Shown: piece by piece, positions 11,856-22,224 of the stretch
Position numbering within the stretch: position 1 is the first letter of the stretch
How the letters are laid out: every line of letters starts with the position of its first letter
NCBI GenBank assembly: GCA_041164205.1
Contig: JBEAPX010000056.1
Coordinates: 1-53,750 of the forward strand
Direction of reading: 5' to 3'
Source: Pseudomonadota bacterium
Lineage (GTDB): Bacteria; Pseudomonadota; Gammaproteobacteria; Burkholderiales; Burkholderiaceae_C
DNA length: 53,750 nt
Position numbers and translations under genes: made by a program
Notes under the pieces: model-generated
What the model was told of the DNA's origin: nothing
Database searches by the model: none
The model's input: the letters and a program-made list of their open reading frames with translations, nothing else

Positions 11856-12218
11856 ATGGTCCAAACATCCGTTTCCCCTTTGATTCAAGCGTACATGCGC
11901 TTTCTGCAACTCAGCCAAGTTCTGGATGGGTCAAGCCCTCAGCCCCAGCTAGACGCCAACGAAAAGGTGTTGCTTGAGGCGCTGGCCGTGCGCTGGCACG
12001 CGGGTGAACCCATGACGGTGATGCAAGCCATGGGGCTCAAAGACCTTGGCTCCCCGGCGACGATGCACCGGCGCATCGCGCGGCTGCGCAAAATTGGGCT
12101 CATTGAAACCTTGGAAGATCCCCAAGACACGCGCATCAAGCGCTTGGCGTTAACAAGCACAGCGTTGGGATATTTTGAAAATCTGGGCTCGCAATTACAG
12201 CGTGCCACAGACCAATAA
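11856..12218 (+). CDS. Winged-helix (MarR-like) DNA-binding protein
   Basis: GSPATMHRRIARL helix-turn-helix and D.QDTRIKRL.LT wing; AT-rich upstream region. Confidence 0.8.
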   Translation: MVQTSVSPLIQAYMRFLQLSQVLDGSSPQPQLDANEKVLLEALAVRWHAGEPMTVMQAMGLKDLGSPATMHRRIARLRKIGLIETLEDPQDTRIKRLALTSTALGYFENLGSQLQRATDQ

Positions 12219-12239
12219 GCACCGATTCGACGCGATCAC

Positions 12240-12268
12240 AAAAGGAACCTTCTGGTTCCTTTTATTTT
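12240..12268 (+). terminator. Intrinsic terminator (probably bidirectional) after the wHTH gene
   Basis: aaaaggaacc-ttct-ggttcctttt-atttt. Confidence 0.8.
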
Positions 12269-12293
12269 GAGCGGCCGCCCTTGAGTCGCGTGC

Positions 12294-12404
12294 AAAAAAA
12301 GCCACCCATAAATGGTGGCTTATAAAACCCTATGAAAGGGTCCCCCTGATGCACCCGAATCACACGGGTGGCCGGTTCACTAGACTCTCATCTAAACAAC
12401 CGAC
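12294..12404 (-). ncRNA. Putative structured small RNA (~110 nt)
   Basis: TACAAT -10 at 12416-12411; three hairpins plus terminator aagccacc/ggtggctt-U7; G.U wobbles work only on the minus strand. Confidence 0.55.
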
Positions 12405-12415
12405 TGAGATATTGT

Positions 12416-12432
12416 AATACTTAAGAAGTATT
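12416..12432. promoter_or_regulatory. 7-3-7 inverted repeat, candidate operator of the sRNA promoter
   Basis: AATACTT-AAG-AAGTATT abutting the TACAAT -10 box. Confidence 0.5.
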
Positions 12433-12440
12433 TTTTGGTA

Positions 12441-13664
12441 TTAATCAGAAAAATTCTTTGCGGGTTCAACGGTAAAAATCGTACCCCCGCCTTGGCGCCC
12501 CTCGCAGCGCACTTCTAAAGCGTGATGTCGGGCGATCGACCTCACCAACGACAAGCCCAAGCCCACTGATCCTTGCGTCTCTTTCGCGCCAGGTGGACGT
12601 GCGAAGGGCTCAAATATCTTCTCGCTCCAGCCCGCCGGGATGCCCTGACCTCTGTCCGCTACTGTGATTCTCCATTGACCGTGACCGAGAGACTTCAGGG
12701 CGACGGTGACCTCGAGCACGCCTTGCGGACTCGCCCCGTATCTCTGGGCGTTTTCCAACAGATTGCGAACCAATCGGTGTAAAAGTTTGTCACTGCCAAC
12801 AATATGAATAGGTGTGTCAGCGTCAACTTCAAAGTCAAAGCGCGCCGCCTCTTCGACAAGCAAAGCGGTCAAATCCACATCATCAGTGAGCGCCACATCC
12901 TCGGGGCTTTGCTCGAGTCGGCTTGCCAACAGCACCTCGTCAATCAGTTGATCGAGCTCTCGAATATTTTGTTCAATCTCCTCGACATCAGCTTGCGTCT
13001 GAGGCTGTTCTTGCTCTAACAGGGCCAGACGCATCCTGATGCGTGTGAGCGGGCTGCGCAATTCATGGGAGGCATTCGCCAACAACTGCTTGTGAGACTT
13101 CACCAAAGCCTCGACACGCTCTGCCGCGGCATTGAAGCGGCGCGCCAGCACCGCCACCTCGTCTCGGCCCTCGACAGGCAAACGCACATCAAGGCGCCCG
13201 TCACCCCATAACTCGACACCTCGTTCTAAGCGCTCCAACCGGCGCGTCAAACCTCGAACAACAGGAAAAGCCAGAACCACGAAAGCCAAACCAAGGCCTG
13301 CCACCAGCCCGGTCCAGCCTAAAGTGGCCCAGGGAAGCCAGTCCCAGGGGCCGGCACCGAGTCGAGGCCGTGGCAACTCAACCCACAGAATTTGTCCATC
13401 ATCCGTCACCACTTGAAACTCAGATGAGGGGCCTAAGCCGCCCCGGTCAGTGGCACGCGCATAACCAATTTCCTCACCAAAGATATTGCGCACGACCACC
13501 TCTTGTCCAGGGCGCGCCGCTCGGTCATGCTCTACATCCAAGCGCCAGATCAAGGTCATCAAGGCGACCAAAACGACCATGGACAACGCCATGGCCAGCC
13601 AGATCCTCCAAAACATACGGCCCAGAATGGGCCTGGGCTTAGTCTTGTTGTTTTGCGAAAACAT
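12441..13664 (-). CDS. Sensor histidine kinase (2 TM, HAMP, HisKA, HATPase)
   Basis: ASHELRSPL H-box, NLLENA N-box, DRGQGI, GLGLS; true start may be 13616. Confidence 0.95.
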   Translation of the reverse strand: MFSQNNKTKPRPILGRMFWRIWLAMALSMVVLVALMTLIWRLDVEHDRAARPGQEVVVRNIFGEEIGYARATDRGGLGPSSEFQVVTDDGQILWVELPRPRLGAGPWDWLPWATLGWTGLVAGLGLAFVVLAFPVVRGLTRRLERLERGVELWGDGRLDVRLPVEGRDEVAVLARRFNAAAERVEALVKSHKQLLANASHELRSPLTRIRMRLALLEQEQPQTQADVEEIEQNIRELDQLIDEVLLASRLEQSPEDVALTDDVDLTALLVEEAARFDFEVDADTPIHIVGSDKLLHRLVRNLLENAQRYGASPQGVLEVTVALKSLGHGQWRITVADRGQGIPAGWSEKIFEPFARPPGAKETQGSVGLGLSLVRSIARHHALEVRCEGRQGGGTIFTVEPAKNFSD

Positions 13665-14352
13665 AGCCCACGCCTCGAACCGTCAGGATGCGCTTGGGCG
13701 CCTTGGTGTCGTCTTCAATCGCCTGCCGAATGCGCCCAATATGAACGTCGATCGATCGGTCGAAAGCTTCCAGCTCTTTCCCGCGCACCAACTCCATGAT
13801 TTGATCGCGCGACAGCACTCGACCAGCCCGCTGGGCGATCGCGAGCAGCACATCAAGCTGATATGACGTGAGTTCCGCAAGATGCCCTTTGACATGAACC
13901 TCACGAGCAGATGGGTCAATGACGAGTGACCCGAACGTCAGCGTCTCATCCGACATAGAAAGGGCTGCAGTCACGTGATGCTGACGACGCAAGATGGCGC
14001 GCAGTCGAGCCAACATTTCGCGTGGCTCAAAAGGTTTGGGCAAATAATCGTCCGCACCAATTTCCAAGCCCACAATGCGGTCCATCGGGTCGCCTTTGGC
14101 TGTCAGCATCAATATCGGCACCTGATGACCGGGCGTCGGCAATGAGCGAATGCGCCGGCACACCTCCAGGCCATCGATGTTCGGCAGCATGAGGTCCAAC
14201 AACACGGCATCAGGCACCCGCTTTTGAATGCGCTCTAACCCATCCTCTCCAGACACCGCGTGCTCACAAGAGTACCCAGACCGCTCAAGATACTGCTTGA
14301 CCATGTCTGCCAAGCGCAAGTCATCATCAATGATCAATATGTGTTGCGTCAT
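13639..14352 (-). CDS. OmpR-family response regulator
   Basis: IIDDD, LDLMLP, GADDYLPKPF, DRSIDVHI..IR, TVRGVGY. Confidence 0.96.
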   Translation of the reverse strand: MTQHILIIDDDLRLADMVKQYLERSGYSCEHAVSGEDGLERIQKRVPDAVLLDLMLPNIDGLEVCRRIRSLPTPGHQVPILMLTAKGDPMDRIVGLEIGADDYLPKPFEPREMLARLRAILRRQHHVTAALSMSDETLTFGSLVIDPSAREVHVKGHLAELTSYQLDVLLAIAQRAGRVLSRDQIMELVRGKELEAFDRSIDVHIGRIRQAIEDDTKAPKRILTVRGVGYVFAKQQD

Positions 14353-14434
14353 AGATGAGTATTCTGCCTAGCTGTTGCATCTGATTTGTGTCTGGCATGC
14401 AAACCTGCTCTGTGAAGTCACGCGTCAAGCGCGA

Positions 14435-15970
14435 TCACTCTTGGACCTTCAGCCGATTTCGGGCCCAAGCGATCAAGACGATGACCGGAAGACCCATGAG
14501 TGCCGTCATGACAAAAAAGTTGCTGTACCCCATCGCATCGACCATGCCACCCGAATAACCACCCAAGGTCTTAGGTAAAAGTGTCATCAAAGAGCTAAAA
14601 ATCGCGTATTGCACCGCGGTAAAAGACACCTGCGTCAAGCTGGACAAAAACGCCACGAAAGCCGCGCTGGCAAGGCCGGCAGCCAAGTTGTCGGCGGCGA
14701 CGACCGCGTAAAGCCACTCCACTTGGTGCCCTACCTGTGCCAAGACGACAAATAGCAAATTGGTGAGCGCAGAGAGAATGGCCCCCCACATCAGGCTGCG
14801 CATCACCCCGAAACGATTGGCCAAAATGCCACCCAAAAAACCACCGGCAATCGCGACCACCACGCCAAACGTCTTCACGGCCGCTGCAATTTCAGGCTTG
14901 CTGAAACCCAGGTCCTGATAAAACACATTGGAAATGACGCCGAGGACAATATCGGACATTCGATACAGCCCAATCAAAGCCAAAAGCAACCAAGCAGTGC
15001 GAGCACCGTAACGCTGAAAAAAGTCCTTCACAGGTGCGACCCAGGTGACCTTAGCGGTCTTCATCGGCACGATGCCCGCAACAACCAATGCCCGCCCTGC
15101 CAAGAAGGCGGCGCCAATGGCCGCGAACATCCGAAAGGCAGCGAGAAGGAGCTTCAGAAAAGCGCCCGCAGCCAGCTCTTTAGACCAAGTTTCCAACGGC
15201 TGACCAAGCACATAAAACACCCCAACAAAAACGGACACTGTTGCTGCGAACACCAGCAACAACCGGCCGTGGTCTGAGTGGCTCACCGCCAATCGCTCTG
15301 GTGCTGCTGGCTCCGCAATCAAGAGGGTGGTCAAGACCCCAACGCCCATGGTTGCCGCCATGCACCAATAGGTGAGCTGCCAAGCGCGATAGTCGTAGTG
15401 AGACGCACTAGAGCCCCAATACGCCGCCAAAAAAAGGGCGCCTGCGCCCGCAACGATCATGCCGATGCGGTATCCCGCGATATAACTTGAAGCCATGATG
15501 GCCTGCATACGGGTATTCGCAGCTTCAATGCGGTACGCATCGATAACGATGTCTTGTGTCGCCGATGAAAATCCCAACATCACCGCGAACGCGGCCATCC
15601 ACACCAATGCGCTCTGAGACGATGCTGGATTGATTTGCGCCATACCCGCAATCGCCATGATCACCAGCACTTGAGACAAGAGCAGCCAGCCGCGGCGCAG
15701 CCCCAGGTATTTCGTGAGGAGCGGCAACGGCAAGCGATCAACCAGGGGAGCCCACACAAACTTAAATGAGTAGCCCAATGCAGCCCAACTGAAAAAGGTC
15801 ACTGTGGCTCGCTCCACACCCGCTTCACGTAGCCACAATGACAAGGACGAAAAAATCAGCAGGATCGGAATCCCAGCCGAAAAACCCAAACACAGCATGA
15901 TCAAAGTTTTGCGATCAGCAATGATCGACAGGCTCTCACGCCAGCCAAGCCTCAACGGAGTGGTGTTCAT
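14435..15970 (-). CDS. ampG: AmpG-family muropeptide MFS permease
   Basis: LGFSAGIP, KFVWAPLVD, RRGWLLLSQ, SATQDIVIDAYRIE, QYAIFSS. Confidence 0.93.
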   Translation of the reverse strand: MNTTPLRLGWRESLSIIADRKTLIMLCLGFSAGIPILLIFSSLSLWLREAGVERATVTFFSWAALGYSFKFVWAPLVDRLPLPLLTKYLGLRRGWLLLSQVLVIMAIAGMAQINPASSQSALVWMAAFAVMLGFSSATQDIVIDAYRIEAANTRMQAIMASSYIAGYRIGMIVAGAGALFLAAYWGSSASHYDYRAWQLTYWCMAATMGVGVLTTLLIAEPAAPERLAVSHSDHGRLLLVFAATVSVFVGVFYVLGQPLETWSKELAAGAFLKLLLAAFRMFAAIGAAFLAGRALVVAGIVPMKTAKVTWVAPVKDFFQRYGARTAWLLLALIGLYRMSDIVLGVISNVFYQDLGFSKPEIAAAVKTFGVVVAIAGGFLGGILANRFGVMRSLMWGAILSALTNLLFVVLAQVGHQVEWLYAVVAADNLAAGLASAAFVAFLSSLTQVSFTAVQYAIFSSLMTLLPKTLGGYSGGMVDAMGYSNFFVMTALMGLPVIVLIAWARNRLKVQE

Positions 15971-16023
15971 AGGACTCTTGCTTAATGCCTTGCCGTTTGG
16001 TTGCTGATTGAGGCGGCCGTGGC

Positions 16024-16662
16024 TCAGGTGCCACCGACATACGGATTGCTGATGCGCTCTCTACCAAAAGTGCTTTCCGGACCATGGCCAGGAATAAACA
16101 CGGTGTCGTTGCCCAGTGGCCACAGTTTGTGTGTGATGCTGTGAATCAAAGTGGCGTGATCGCCGCGCGGAAAATCAGTGCGCCCAATGCTTCCGGCAAA
16201 CAGCACGTCGCCAACAAAAGCACGCTGCGCTGAGGCTGAGTAAAACACCACGTGCCCTGGCGTGTGCCCTGGGCAATGGATCACACGCAACGTTTCTTCG
16301 CCCAAGGTGACCGCATCGCCATCTTGTAACCACCGCGTGGGCACAAAACTGTCGGCCACATCAAAACCATATTGAGCGCCTTGAGACGGAATGCCATCAA
16401 TCCAAAACTGATCTTGCTTTTCCGGACCAATGATGGGGACGCCGGCTTGTTCAGACAAGGCGTGGGCAGCAGCGGCATGGTCTAAATGTCCATGCGTGAT
16501 CCAAATTTGCTCGAGCACCAGGTTGGCGGCCGAGATGAAACTTAGGATATGACCAAGCTCACCACCGGGATCGATCACAGCCGCCTTGCTCGTTTGATCG
16601 CACCAAACAACCGAGCAGTTTTGTTGAAACGGGGTCACCGGGATGGTTTCGTATTGCAGCAT
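16024..16662 (-). CDS. Metallo-beta-lactamase-fold hydrolase (YcbL/GloC-like)
   Basis: THGHLDH, PGHTPGH, GDVLFAGSIGRTD, PGHGP. Confidence 0.92.
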   Translation of the reverse strand: MLQYETIPVTPFQQNCSVVWCDQTSKAAVIDPGGELGHILSFISAANLVLEQIWITHGHLDHAAAAHALSEQAGVPIIGPEKQDQFWIDGIPSQGAQYGFDVADSFVPTRWLQDGDAVTLGEETLRVIHCPGHTPGHVVFYSASAQRAFVGDVLFAGSIGRTDFPRGDHATLIHSITHKLWPLGNDTVFIPGHGPESTFGRERISNPYVGGT

Positions 16663-16721
16663 TGTGAAAGATCAAATAGAAAATGGGCGCACGTTGAGCG
16701 ACACCTGCCAGCTCATGTGCA

Positions 16722-17660
16722 TCAAGGCAATGAAAGCGAAAACACCACCGGAATACGCACTTCGTGAGGACCGGTGAGTGGGCGCAGTGCCACAGGATAA
16801 CGCCAATTTTTAACTGCCCGCAAGGCCGCCTCATCCAATCGATAAAACCCGCTCGAACGTTCGATCCAAGCCGCCAGCAGTGTGGCGCTCGAATCAAATC
16901 GAAGCACCACGTCGACCGTTCCTTGCTCCCCCAAGCGGCGACTTGCCGCAGGGTAGACAGGCCGTGGGTTGGCACTCAGCCAAATGGCGGCACGCTCTGC
17001 CCCAAGCGAGCCGATGCCCTCCTGACGCGCAGGTTCCGGTACCTGCGGCAATGCGTCGCCCCGATCTCTCGGCGCCCATGCCGACTGCTTTGGGCTCAGT
17101 GGCGGCGTGGTACCTGAACCGGCATCTGTGTTGGCCTGTGGCTTGCCCTCCTCTTCAAGGTTCAATGCGTCTGGCATCGGTGGCTTAGATGGCTGGGTGA
17201 TCCGCTGCGGAGATGCAGCACTTGGGCCTGGTCCAGCCGACCCTCGCGGCTGCTCACCATCGGGCCCATCAGAGGCTGGCGTTTCCACTGGCGGATTTGC
17301 ACGGGTTGGTCTGGCAGCCTGCCAGCCTGCAGGCTCAACTTGGCTCTCCTTGGCGCGCGTCCGATCGGTCTCCTGTGGCTGAGTTGGCGGCGCAGGGTGT
17401 CCTTGTTCTTTGGCAGGGTTGGCTGTGGGCGCTTGTTCTTCAAGCGCTGGCCCACTTGGACGCCAATCCACCCAATGTGTGGCGGGTGACAATGGAGCGT
17501 CCTCGCGCTGCGTCCACGCCATCCAGCTCCAGATGGCCAGCAACAGCGCATGGACCAAGACCGCAAATGCGGCGCTCCACCACCACACCCGGGGCGCACC
17601 ATGCCGCACCGGGACCCCGGTTTCGGTGCTCTCTAGTGCAGCCCAGTTGTCCATCGACAC
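16722..17660 (-). CDS. TonB-family protein
   Basis: N-terminal TM with His (VLVHALLL), long Pro/Ala/Gln linker, TonB_C motif YP..SRRLGEQG..SSG..RLDEAA. Confidence 0.82.
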   Translation of the reverse strand: MSMDNWAALESTETGVPVRHGAPRVWWWSAAFAVLVHALLLAIWSWMAWTQREDAPLSPATHWVDWRPSGPALEEQAPTANPAKEQGHPAPPTQPQETDRTRAKESQVEPAGWQAARPTRANPPVETPASDGPDGEQPRGSAGPGPSAASPQRITQPSKPPMPDALNLEEEGKPQANTDAGSGTTPPLSPKQSAWAPRDRGDALPQVPEPARQEGIGSLGAERAAIWLSANPRPVYPAASRRLGEQGTVDVVLRFDSSATLLAAWIERSSGFYRLDEAALRAVKNWRYPVALRPLTGPHEVRIPVVFSLSLP

Positions 17661-17694
17661 GTCCTCACCAAGAGGTCTTAGCCAGTGCTGACGA

Positions 17695-18501
17695 TCAACT
17701 CAACGACCAAGCGTAGTCCACCGTGATCGGTGCGTGGTCGCTGAAACGCTCTGCCTTATAGACCTCGACTTTCCGCGCACTCGCAGCCAAGGTCGATGTC
17801 GCCAGGTGGTAATCCAGGCGCCACCCCACATTGTTGGCCCAGGCTTGACCCCGATTGCTCCACCAGGTGTAGGCGCCCTCTGTGTCATCGGGGTGAAGCG
17901 ATCGATAGACGTCCACCAAAGAGCCATCTGCCAACACGTCGGTGACCCACTGGCGCTCCTGTGGCAAAAACCCACTGTTTTTTTGATTGGAGCGCCAATT
18001 CTTCAAATCGATGTTTTGATGCGCAATGTTAAGGTCGCCACACAAAACCAATTCACGGCCTTGCTTCAACGCCAAAAAATAAGGCGTGAAGCCTTCCAAG
18101 AACCGGTACTTAGCCTCTTGTCGCTCATCGCCCGAGGACCCGCTTGGGAAATAGGCGCTGATCACGCTGAACTTGCGCTTTGGCGTATCGAAACGCAGCT
18201 CAATGCATCGGCCTTCCGCGTCAAACTCTCCACCGTCGTAACCCAGCACCACATCGCTGGGCTCGTGTCTCGAATAGACGCCCACGCCCGAATAGCCTTT
18301 CTTCTCAGCGCTGTAGAAGTGTCCTTTGAGACCCCCCATCACTTGAAGTTCTGGCGTCAGATCAGATTCCTGCGCCTTGAGCTCTTGCACACACATACAA
18401 TCAGGCGCAGTTTGTTCAACCCAGGTCGCCAAGCCTTTGCGTGCTGCCGATCGAATGCCATTGAGGTTGAGCGAGGTGAGTTTGAATAAAGGTGAGGACA
18501 T
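17695..18501 (-). CDS. xth: Exodeoxyribonuclease III
   Basis: [36 protein letters not shown]; start reassigned to ATG 18501. Confidence 0.95.
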   Translation of the reverse strand: MSSPLFKLTSLNLNGIRSAARKGLATWVEQTAPDCMCVQELKAQESDLTPELQVMGGLKGHFYSAEKKGYSGVGVYSRHEPSDVVLGYDGGEFDAEGRCIELRFDTPKRKFSVISAYFPSGSSGDERQEAKYRFLEGFTPYFLALKQGRELVLCGDLNIAHQNIDLKNWRSNQKNSGFLPQERQWVTDVLADGSLVDVYRSLHPDDTEGAYTWWSNRGQAWANNVGWRLDYHLATSTLAASARKVEVYKAERFSDHAPITVDYAWSLS

Positions 18502-19198
18502 GGCGCAGTTCAATAAAGGGGAGCCAGACAGTCTGGCCCAAGATTTCGTCGCTTTCGCAGTCGACTCAGGCGTTTTGCGTTTGGGAGAGTTCACCACCAA
18601 AGCAGGTCGCCAAAGCCCTTACTTTTTCAACGCCGGATTGTTCGACACTGGGGCGAAACTAGGCGAGTTGGCTCGATTTTATGCACGACGCATTGTCGAC
18701 AGTGGCTTGCAGTTTGACATGCTTTTTGGCCCCGCCTACAAAGGGATCCCACTGGTCGCTGCGGTGGCCATTGAATTGGCGCGATTGGGTCAAGACTATC
18801 CGTATGCCTACAACCGCAAAGAGGCCAAAGACCATGGCGAAGGCGGAAGCCTTGTGGGCGCGCCTTTGCAAGGGCGCGTCTTGATCATCGACGATGTGAT
18901 GAGCGCTGGTACTGCGGCGCGCGAATCCATTGCACTCATTCAAGCAGCAGGTGCCAAGGCCTACGGTGTAGCGATCGCATTGGACCGACAGGAAATGGCG
19001 ACGGAAAAGCAGGCCGACGGACAAGTTGTAGATGTCGCTCATAGCGCCGTTCAGTACGTGAAAAACCAGCTGGGTATGCAGGTCTGCTCGATCGCTTCGC
19101 TGGCGGACTTACTGGGATATCTGGGCACTCGAGCGGATGCCAATCTGTCCAAGCACTTGCCTGCGGTGCAAGCCTATCGAGATCGCTACGGCGTCTAA
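18500..19198 (+). CDS. pyrE: Orotate phosphoribosyltransferase
   Basis: [44 protein letters not shown]. Confidence 0.97.
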   Translation: MAQFNKGEPDSLAQDFVAFAVDSGVLRLGEFTTKAGRQSPYFFNAGLFDTGAKLGELARFYARRIVDSGLQFDMLFGPAYKGIPLVAAVAIELARLGQDYPYAYNRKEAKDHGEGGSLVGAPLQGRVLIIDDVMSAGTAARESIALIQAAGAKAYGVAIALDRQEMATEKQADGQVVDVAHSAVQYVKNQLGMQVCSIASLADLLGYLGTRADANLSKHLPAVQAYRDRYGV

Positions 19199-19222
19199 CC
19201 TGCACACCGTTGCACACCCCAC

Positions 19223-19251
19223 AAAAAAGGCCTCCTGAGGAGGCCTTTTTT
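19223..19251. terminator. Bidirectional intrinsic terminator between convergent pyrE and gatB
   Basis: aaaaaaggcctcc-tga-ggaggcctttttt. Confidence 0.9.
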
Positions 19252-19264
19252 GTCACCAACCGCG

Positions 19265-20728
19265 TCAATCCAACTTCTGCTTGAGCAACGCGTTGACAAC
19301 TTGGGGGTTGGCCTTGCCTTTGGCCAGCTTCATCACTTGGCCCACCAACGCATTGAACGCCTTGTCTTTACCGGCCCGGTACTGTGCCACGTTGTCAGCA
19401 TTGGCGGCAATGACTTCGTCAATCATGGCCTCGATGGCGCCGGTGTCGCTGACCTGCTTCAGACCTTTTTCTTCAATCATGGCGTCGACTTGTGCGAGCG
19501 CATCGCCCTGCGCGCCGGCCTGCCACAAGCCCTCAAACACTTGCCTTGCCGCATTGTTTGAAATCGTATTGTCGGCAATCCGTTGAATCAACGCCGAGAG
19601 CATCGCCGCCGTCACGGGAGCGTCGACGATTTCCATTTCTTCAGCGTTCAACCGGCGCGAGATTTCTCCCATCATCCAGTTGCTCACCAACTTGGGTTGG
19701 CCACTGGACTTGGCTGCCGACTCAAAATAGGAGCCCATGGATTGGCTTTGCGTCAAAGTCGTCGCATCGTATTCCGGCAATCCATAGTCTTGCACCCAGC
19801 GTTGCGCCATGGCTCGGGGCAACTCGGGCATGGACGCTTCAATCTCAGCCACCCACTCGGGTGCAATCACCAAAGGCGGCAAATCAGGATCGGGGAAGTA
19901 TCGGTAATCGGCCGAATCTTCCTTGGTGCGCATGGCACGCGTTTCACCTGTGTCGGGGTTGAACAACACGGTCGCTTGTTGGATGGCGTGGCCATCTTCG
20001 ATCTGGTCGATCTGCCAGCGGATCTCAAACTCAATGGCTTGCTGCATATGCCGAAAGCTGTTGAGGTTCTTGATCTCACGGCGCGTGCCCAGCGCCTGTC
20101 CGGGTCGGCGCACCGAGACATTGGCGTCGCACCGGAAGTTGCCCTCTTGCATATTGCCATCGCAGATGCCAATCCATGTCACGATTTTGTGCAGCTCTTT
20201 GGCGTACGCCACCGCCTCTTCGGCAGAGCGCATATCGGGTTCGGTGACGATCTCGAGCAATGGTGTGCCTGCGCGGTTCAAGTCGATGCCGCTCATGCCC
20301 TCAAATCCCTCGTGCAAAGACTTGCCAGCATCCTCCTCTAAATGCGCTCTGACCAATCGCACCGTGTGCAGTGTGTCGCCCACATAAAACGACACCTGGC
20401 CGCCTTGAACCACCGGGATTTCAAACTGACTGATCTGGTAGCCTTTGGGCAAGTCGGGATAGAAATAGTTTTTGCGTGCAAACACGCTGCTGGGCGCCAC
20501 GTGCGATCCCACGGCCAAACCAAACTGAATTGCTCGCTCCACAGCGGCGCGATTCATGACTGGCAAAGCACCCGGCAAAGCCATATCGACCATGCAGGCT
20601 TGCGTATTGGGCTCAGCACCAAAAGCAATTGGCGCACGACTGAAGATTTTTGACTCGGTCGACAGCTGGGCATGGGTTTCAAAACCGATCACCACTTCGT
20701 ACCCTTGAACCAATGGGGCGCCACTCAT
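19265..20728 (-). CDS. gatB: Asp/Glu-tRNA amidotransferase subunit B
   Basis: [43 protein letters not shown]. Confidence 0.98.
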   Translation of the reverse strand: MSGAPLVQGYEVVIGFETHAQLSTESKIFSRAPIAFGAEPNTQACMVDMALPGALPVMNRAAVERAIQFGLAVGSHVAPSSVFARKNYFYPDLPKGYQISQFEIPVVQGGQVSFYVGDTLHTVRLVRAHLEEDAGKSLHEGFEGMSGIDLNRAGTPLLEIVTEPDMRSAEEAVAYAKELHKIVTWIGICDGNMQEGNFRCDANVSVRRPGQALGTRREIKNLNSFRHMQQAIEFEIRWQIDQIEDGHAIQQATVLFNPDTGETRAMRTKEDSADYRYFPDPDLPPLVIAPEWVAEIEASMPELPRAMAQRWVQDYGLPEYDATTLTQSQSMGSYFESAAKSSGQPKLVSNWMMGEISRRLNAEEMEIVDAPVTAAMLSALIQRIADNTISNNAARQVFEGLWQAGAQGDALAQVDAMIEEKGLKQVSDTGAIEAMIDEVIAANADNVAQYRAGKDKAFNALVGQVMKLAKGKANPQVVNALLKQKLD

Positions 20729-22224
20729 GCCAGCTCTCCTTGGGGTCGTTGCAAATGCCAGTCGGTGGCACGTTGAAGCTGATGGGCCGTGTGCAGCAAA
20801 GTGTGTTCTTCCAAATAGTTGCCGATCAATTGCATGCCCACTGGCAAGCCTGTTGAATTCAGCCCCACAGGGACGCTCATTCCAGGTAGGCCTGACAAGG
20901 ACGCCGGTAACGTGAAAATATCAGCCAGATAATTCGCAACCGGGTCGTCGGTCTTTTCGCCCAAAGGCCAAGCGACGGTCGGTGCAACTGGGCCAGCAAT
21001 CAAGTCGCAGCTTGCAAACGCAGCCTGAAAGTCTTGCGCAATCAGTCTGCGGATGCGCTGCGCTTTGAGGTAGTACGCGTCATAGTAGCCGTGAGAAAGC
21101 ACATAAGTGCCGGTGAGAATACGGCGCTGCACTTCGGGGCCGAAGCCTTCGCTGCGAGAGCGGACATACATGTCCATCAGGTCGCTGTATTCCTTGGCGC
21201 GATGCCCGTAGCGAACGCCGTCAAAGCGCGAGAGGTTAGAGCTGGCCTCCGCAGGGGCAATGATGTAGTAAGCAGGAATGGCAAGTTCAGTCAGAGGCAA
21301 AGACACATCGACCAAGGTCGCGCCCAGCCGCTCTAGCTCAGACAAGCCTGTTTGAACCGCCTTCAGCACTTCACCATCGCCGCCGCTGGCGAAGAACTCT
21401 CGGGGCAGACCAATCCTCAGGCCCTTCAGTGGCCGTGCGCTATCCGCGCCAGCCCTGGGCTCATCCAAACCCACCATCAAATCAGGCGCTGGGGTATCCA
21501 AAGAGGTGGAGTCGCGATCTAAATCCGGCCCCATCATCGCGTTGAGCAACAGCGCGCAGTCCTCGGCCGTGCGGGCCATCGGCCCGGCCTGGTCCAAACT
21601 CGAGGCATAGGCCACCATGCCGTAGCGCGAACAGCGGCCGTATGTCGGCTTGATCCCCGTGATGCCGCAAAACGCTGCCGGTTGTCGAATCGACCCCCCC
21701 GTGTCTGTGCCCGTGGCCCCGGCCACCATGCGCGCCGCGACGGCAACGGCTGACCCCCCTGATGAGCCGCCTGGTACTTTTGATGAGTCCCAAGGGTTAC
21801 GGGCAGGTCCGTAAGCCGAATTTTCATTGGCGGAGCCCATCGCAAACTCGTCGCAATTGGTTTTGCCAAGGGTGACGGCACCGTGCGCCGCCAGCTTGCT
21901 CACCACCGTTGCATCGAATGGGCTTTGATAACCCGCCAGCATGAGCGAACCGGCTGTGGTCGGCCATTGGCGGGTGGTGAAGACGTCCTTGTGTGCAATC
22001 GGCACACCCAGCAAGGGCGCTTTGTCACCTGCAGCAAGCTGTGCATCCGCCTGACGAGCCTGCGCAAGCGTGAGTTCAGGCTGGAGCGACAAAAACGCGC
22101 CATTGCTGTTCAAGGCCGCGCAGCGATCCAACAGATGCTGCGCGACCTCACTGGCCGACACCGCTTTAGATGCCAACTTCGCGGCTGTTTCAGCCACACT
22201 CCAGTCATGTATTGCCTGTGTCAT
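20725..22224 (-). CDS. gatA: Asp/Glu-tRNA amidotransferase subunit A
   Basis: [32 protein letters not shown] amidase signature. Confidence 0.98.
   Translation of the reverse strand: MTQAIHDWSVAETAAKLASKAVSASEVAQHLLDRCAALNSNGAFLSLQPELTLAQARQADAQLAAGDKAPLLGVPIAHKDVFTTRQWPTTAGSLMLAGYQSPFDATVVSKLAAHGAVTLGKTNCDEFAMGSANENSAYGPARNPWDSSKVPGGSSGGSAVAVAARMVAGATGTDTGGSIRQPAAFCGITGIKPTYGRCSRYGMVAYASSLDQAGPMARTAEDCALLLNAMMGPDLDRDSTSLDTPAPDLMVGLDEPRAGADSARPLKGLRIGLPREFFASGGDGEVLKAVQTGLSELERLGATLVDVSLPLTELAIPAYYIIAPAEASSNLSRFDGVRYGHRAKEYSDLMDMYVRSRSEGFGPEVQRRILTGTYVLSHGYYDAYYLKAQRIRRLIAQDFQAAFASCDLIAGPVAPTVAWPLGEKTDDPVANYLADIFTLPASLSGLPGMSVPVGLNSTGLPVGMQLIGNYLEEHTLLHTAHQLQRATDWHLQRPQGELA

Noticed and set aside
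14393-14408. TGGCAT...TGC sigma54-like site near the response regulator
   Set aside because: GG-GC spacing is off by one and it points away from the gene
16024-16662. MBL protein as a beta-lactamase or persulfide dioxygenase
   Set aside because: No signal peptide; motifs fit the cytoplasmic YcbL/GloC type
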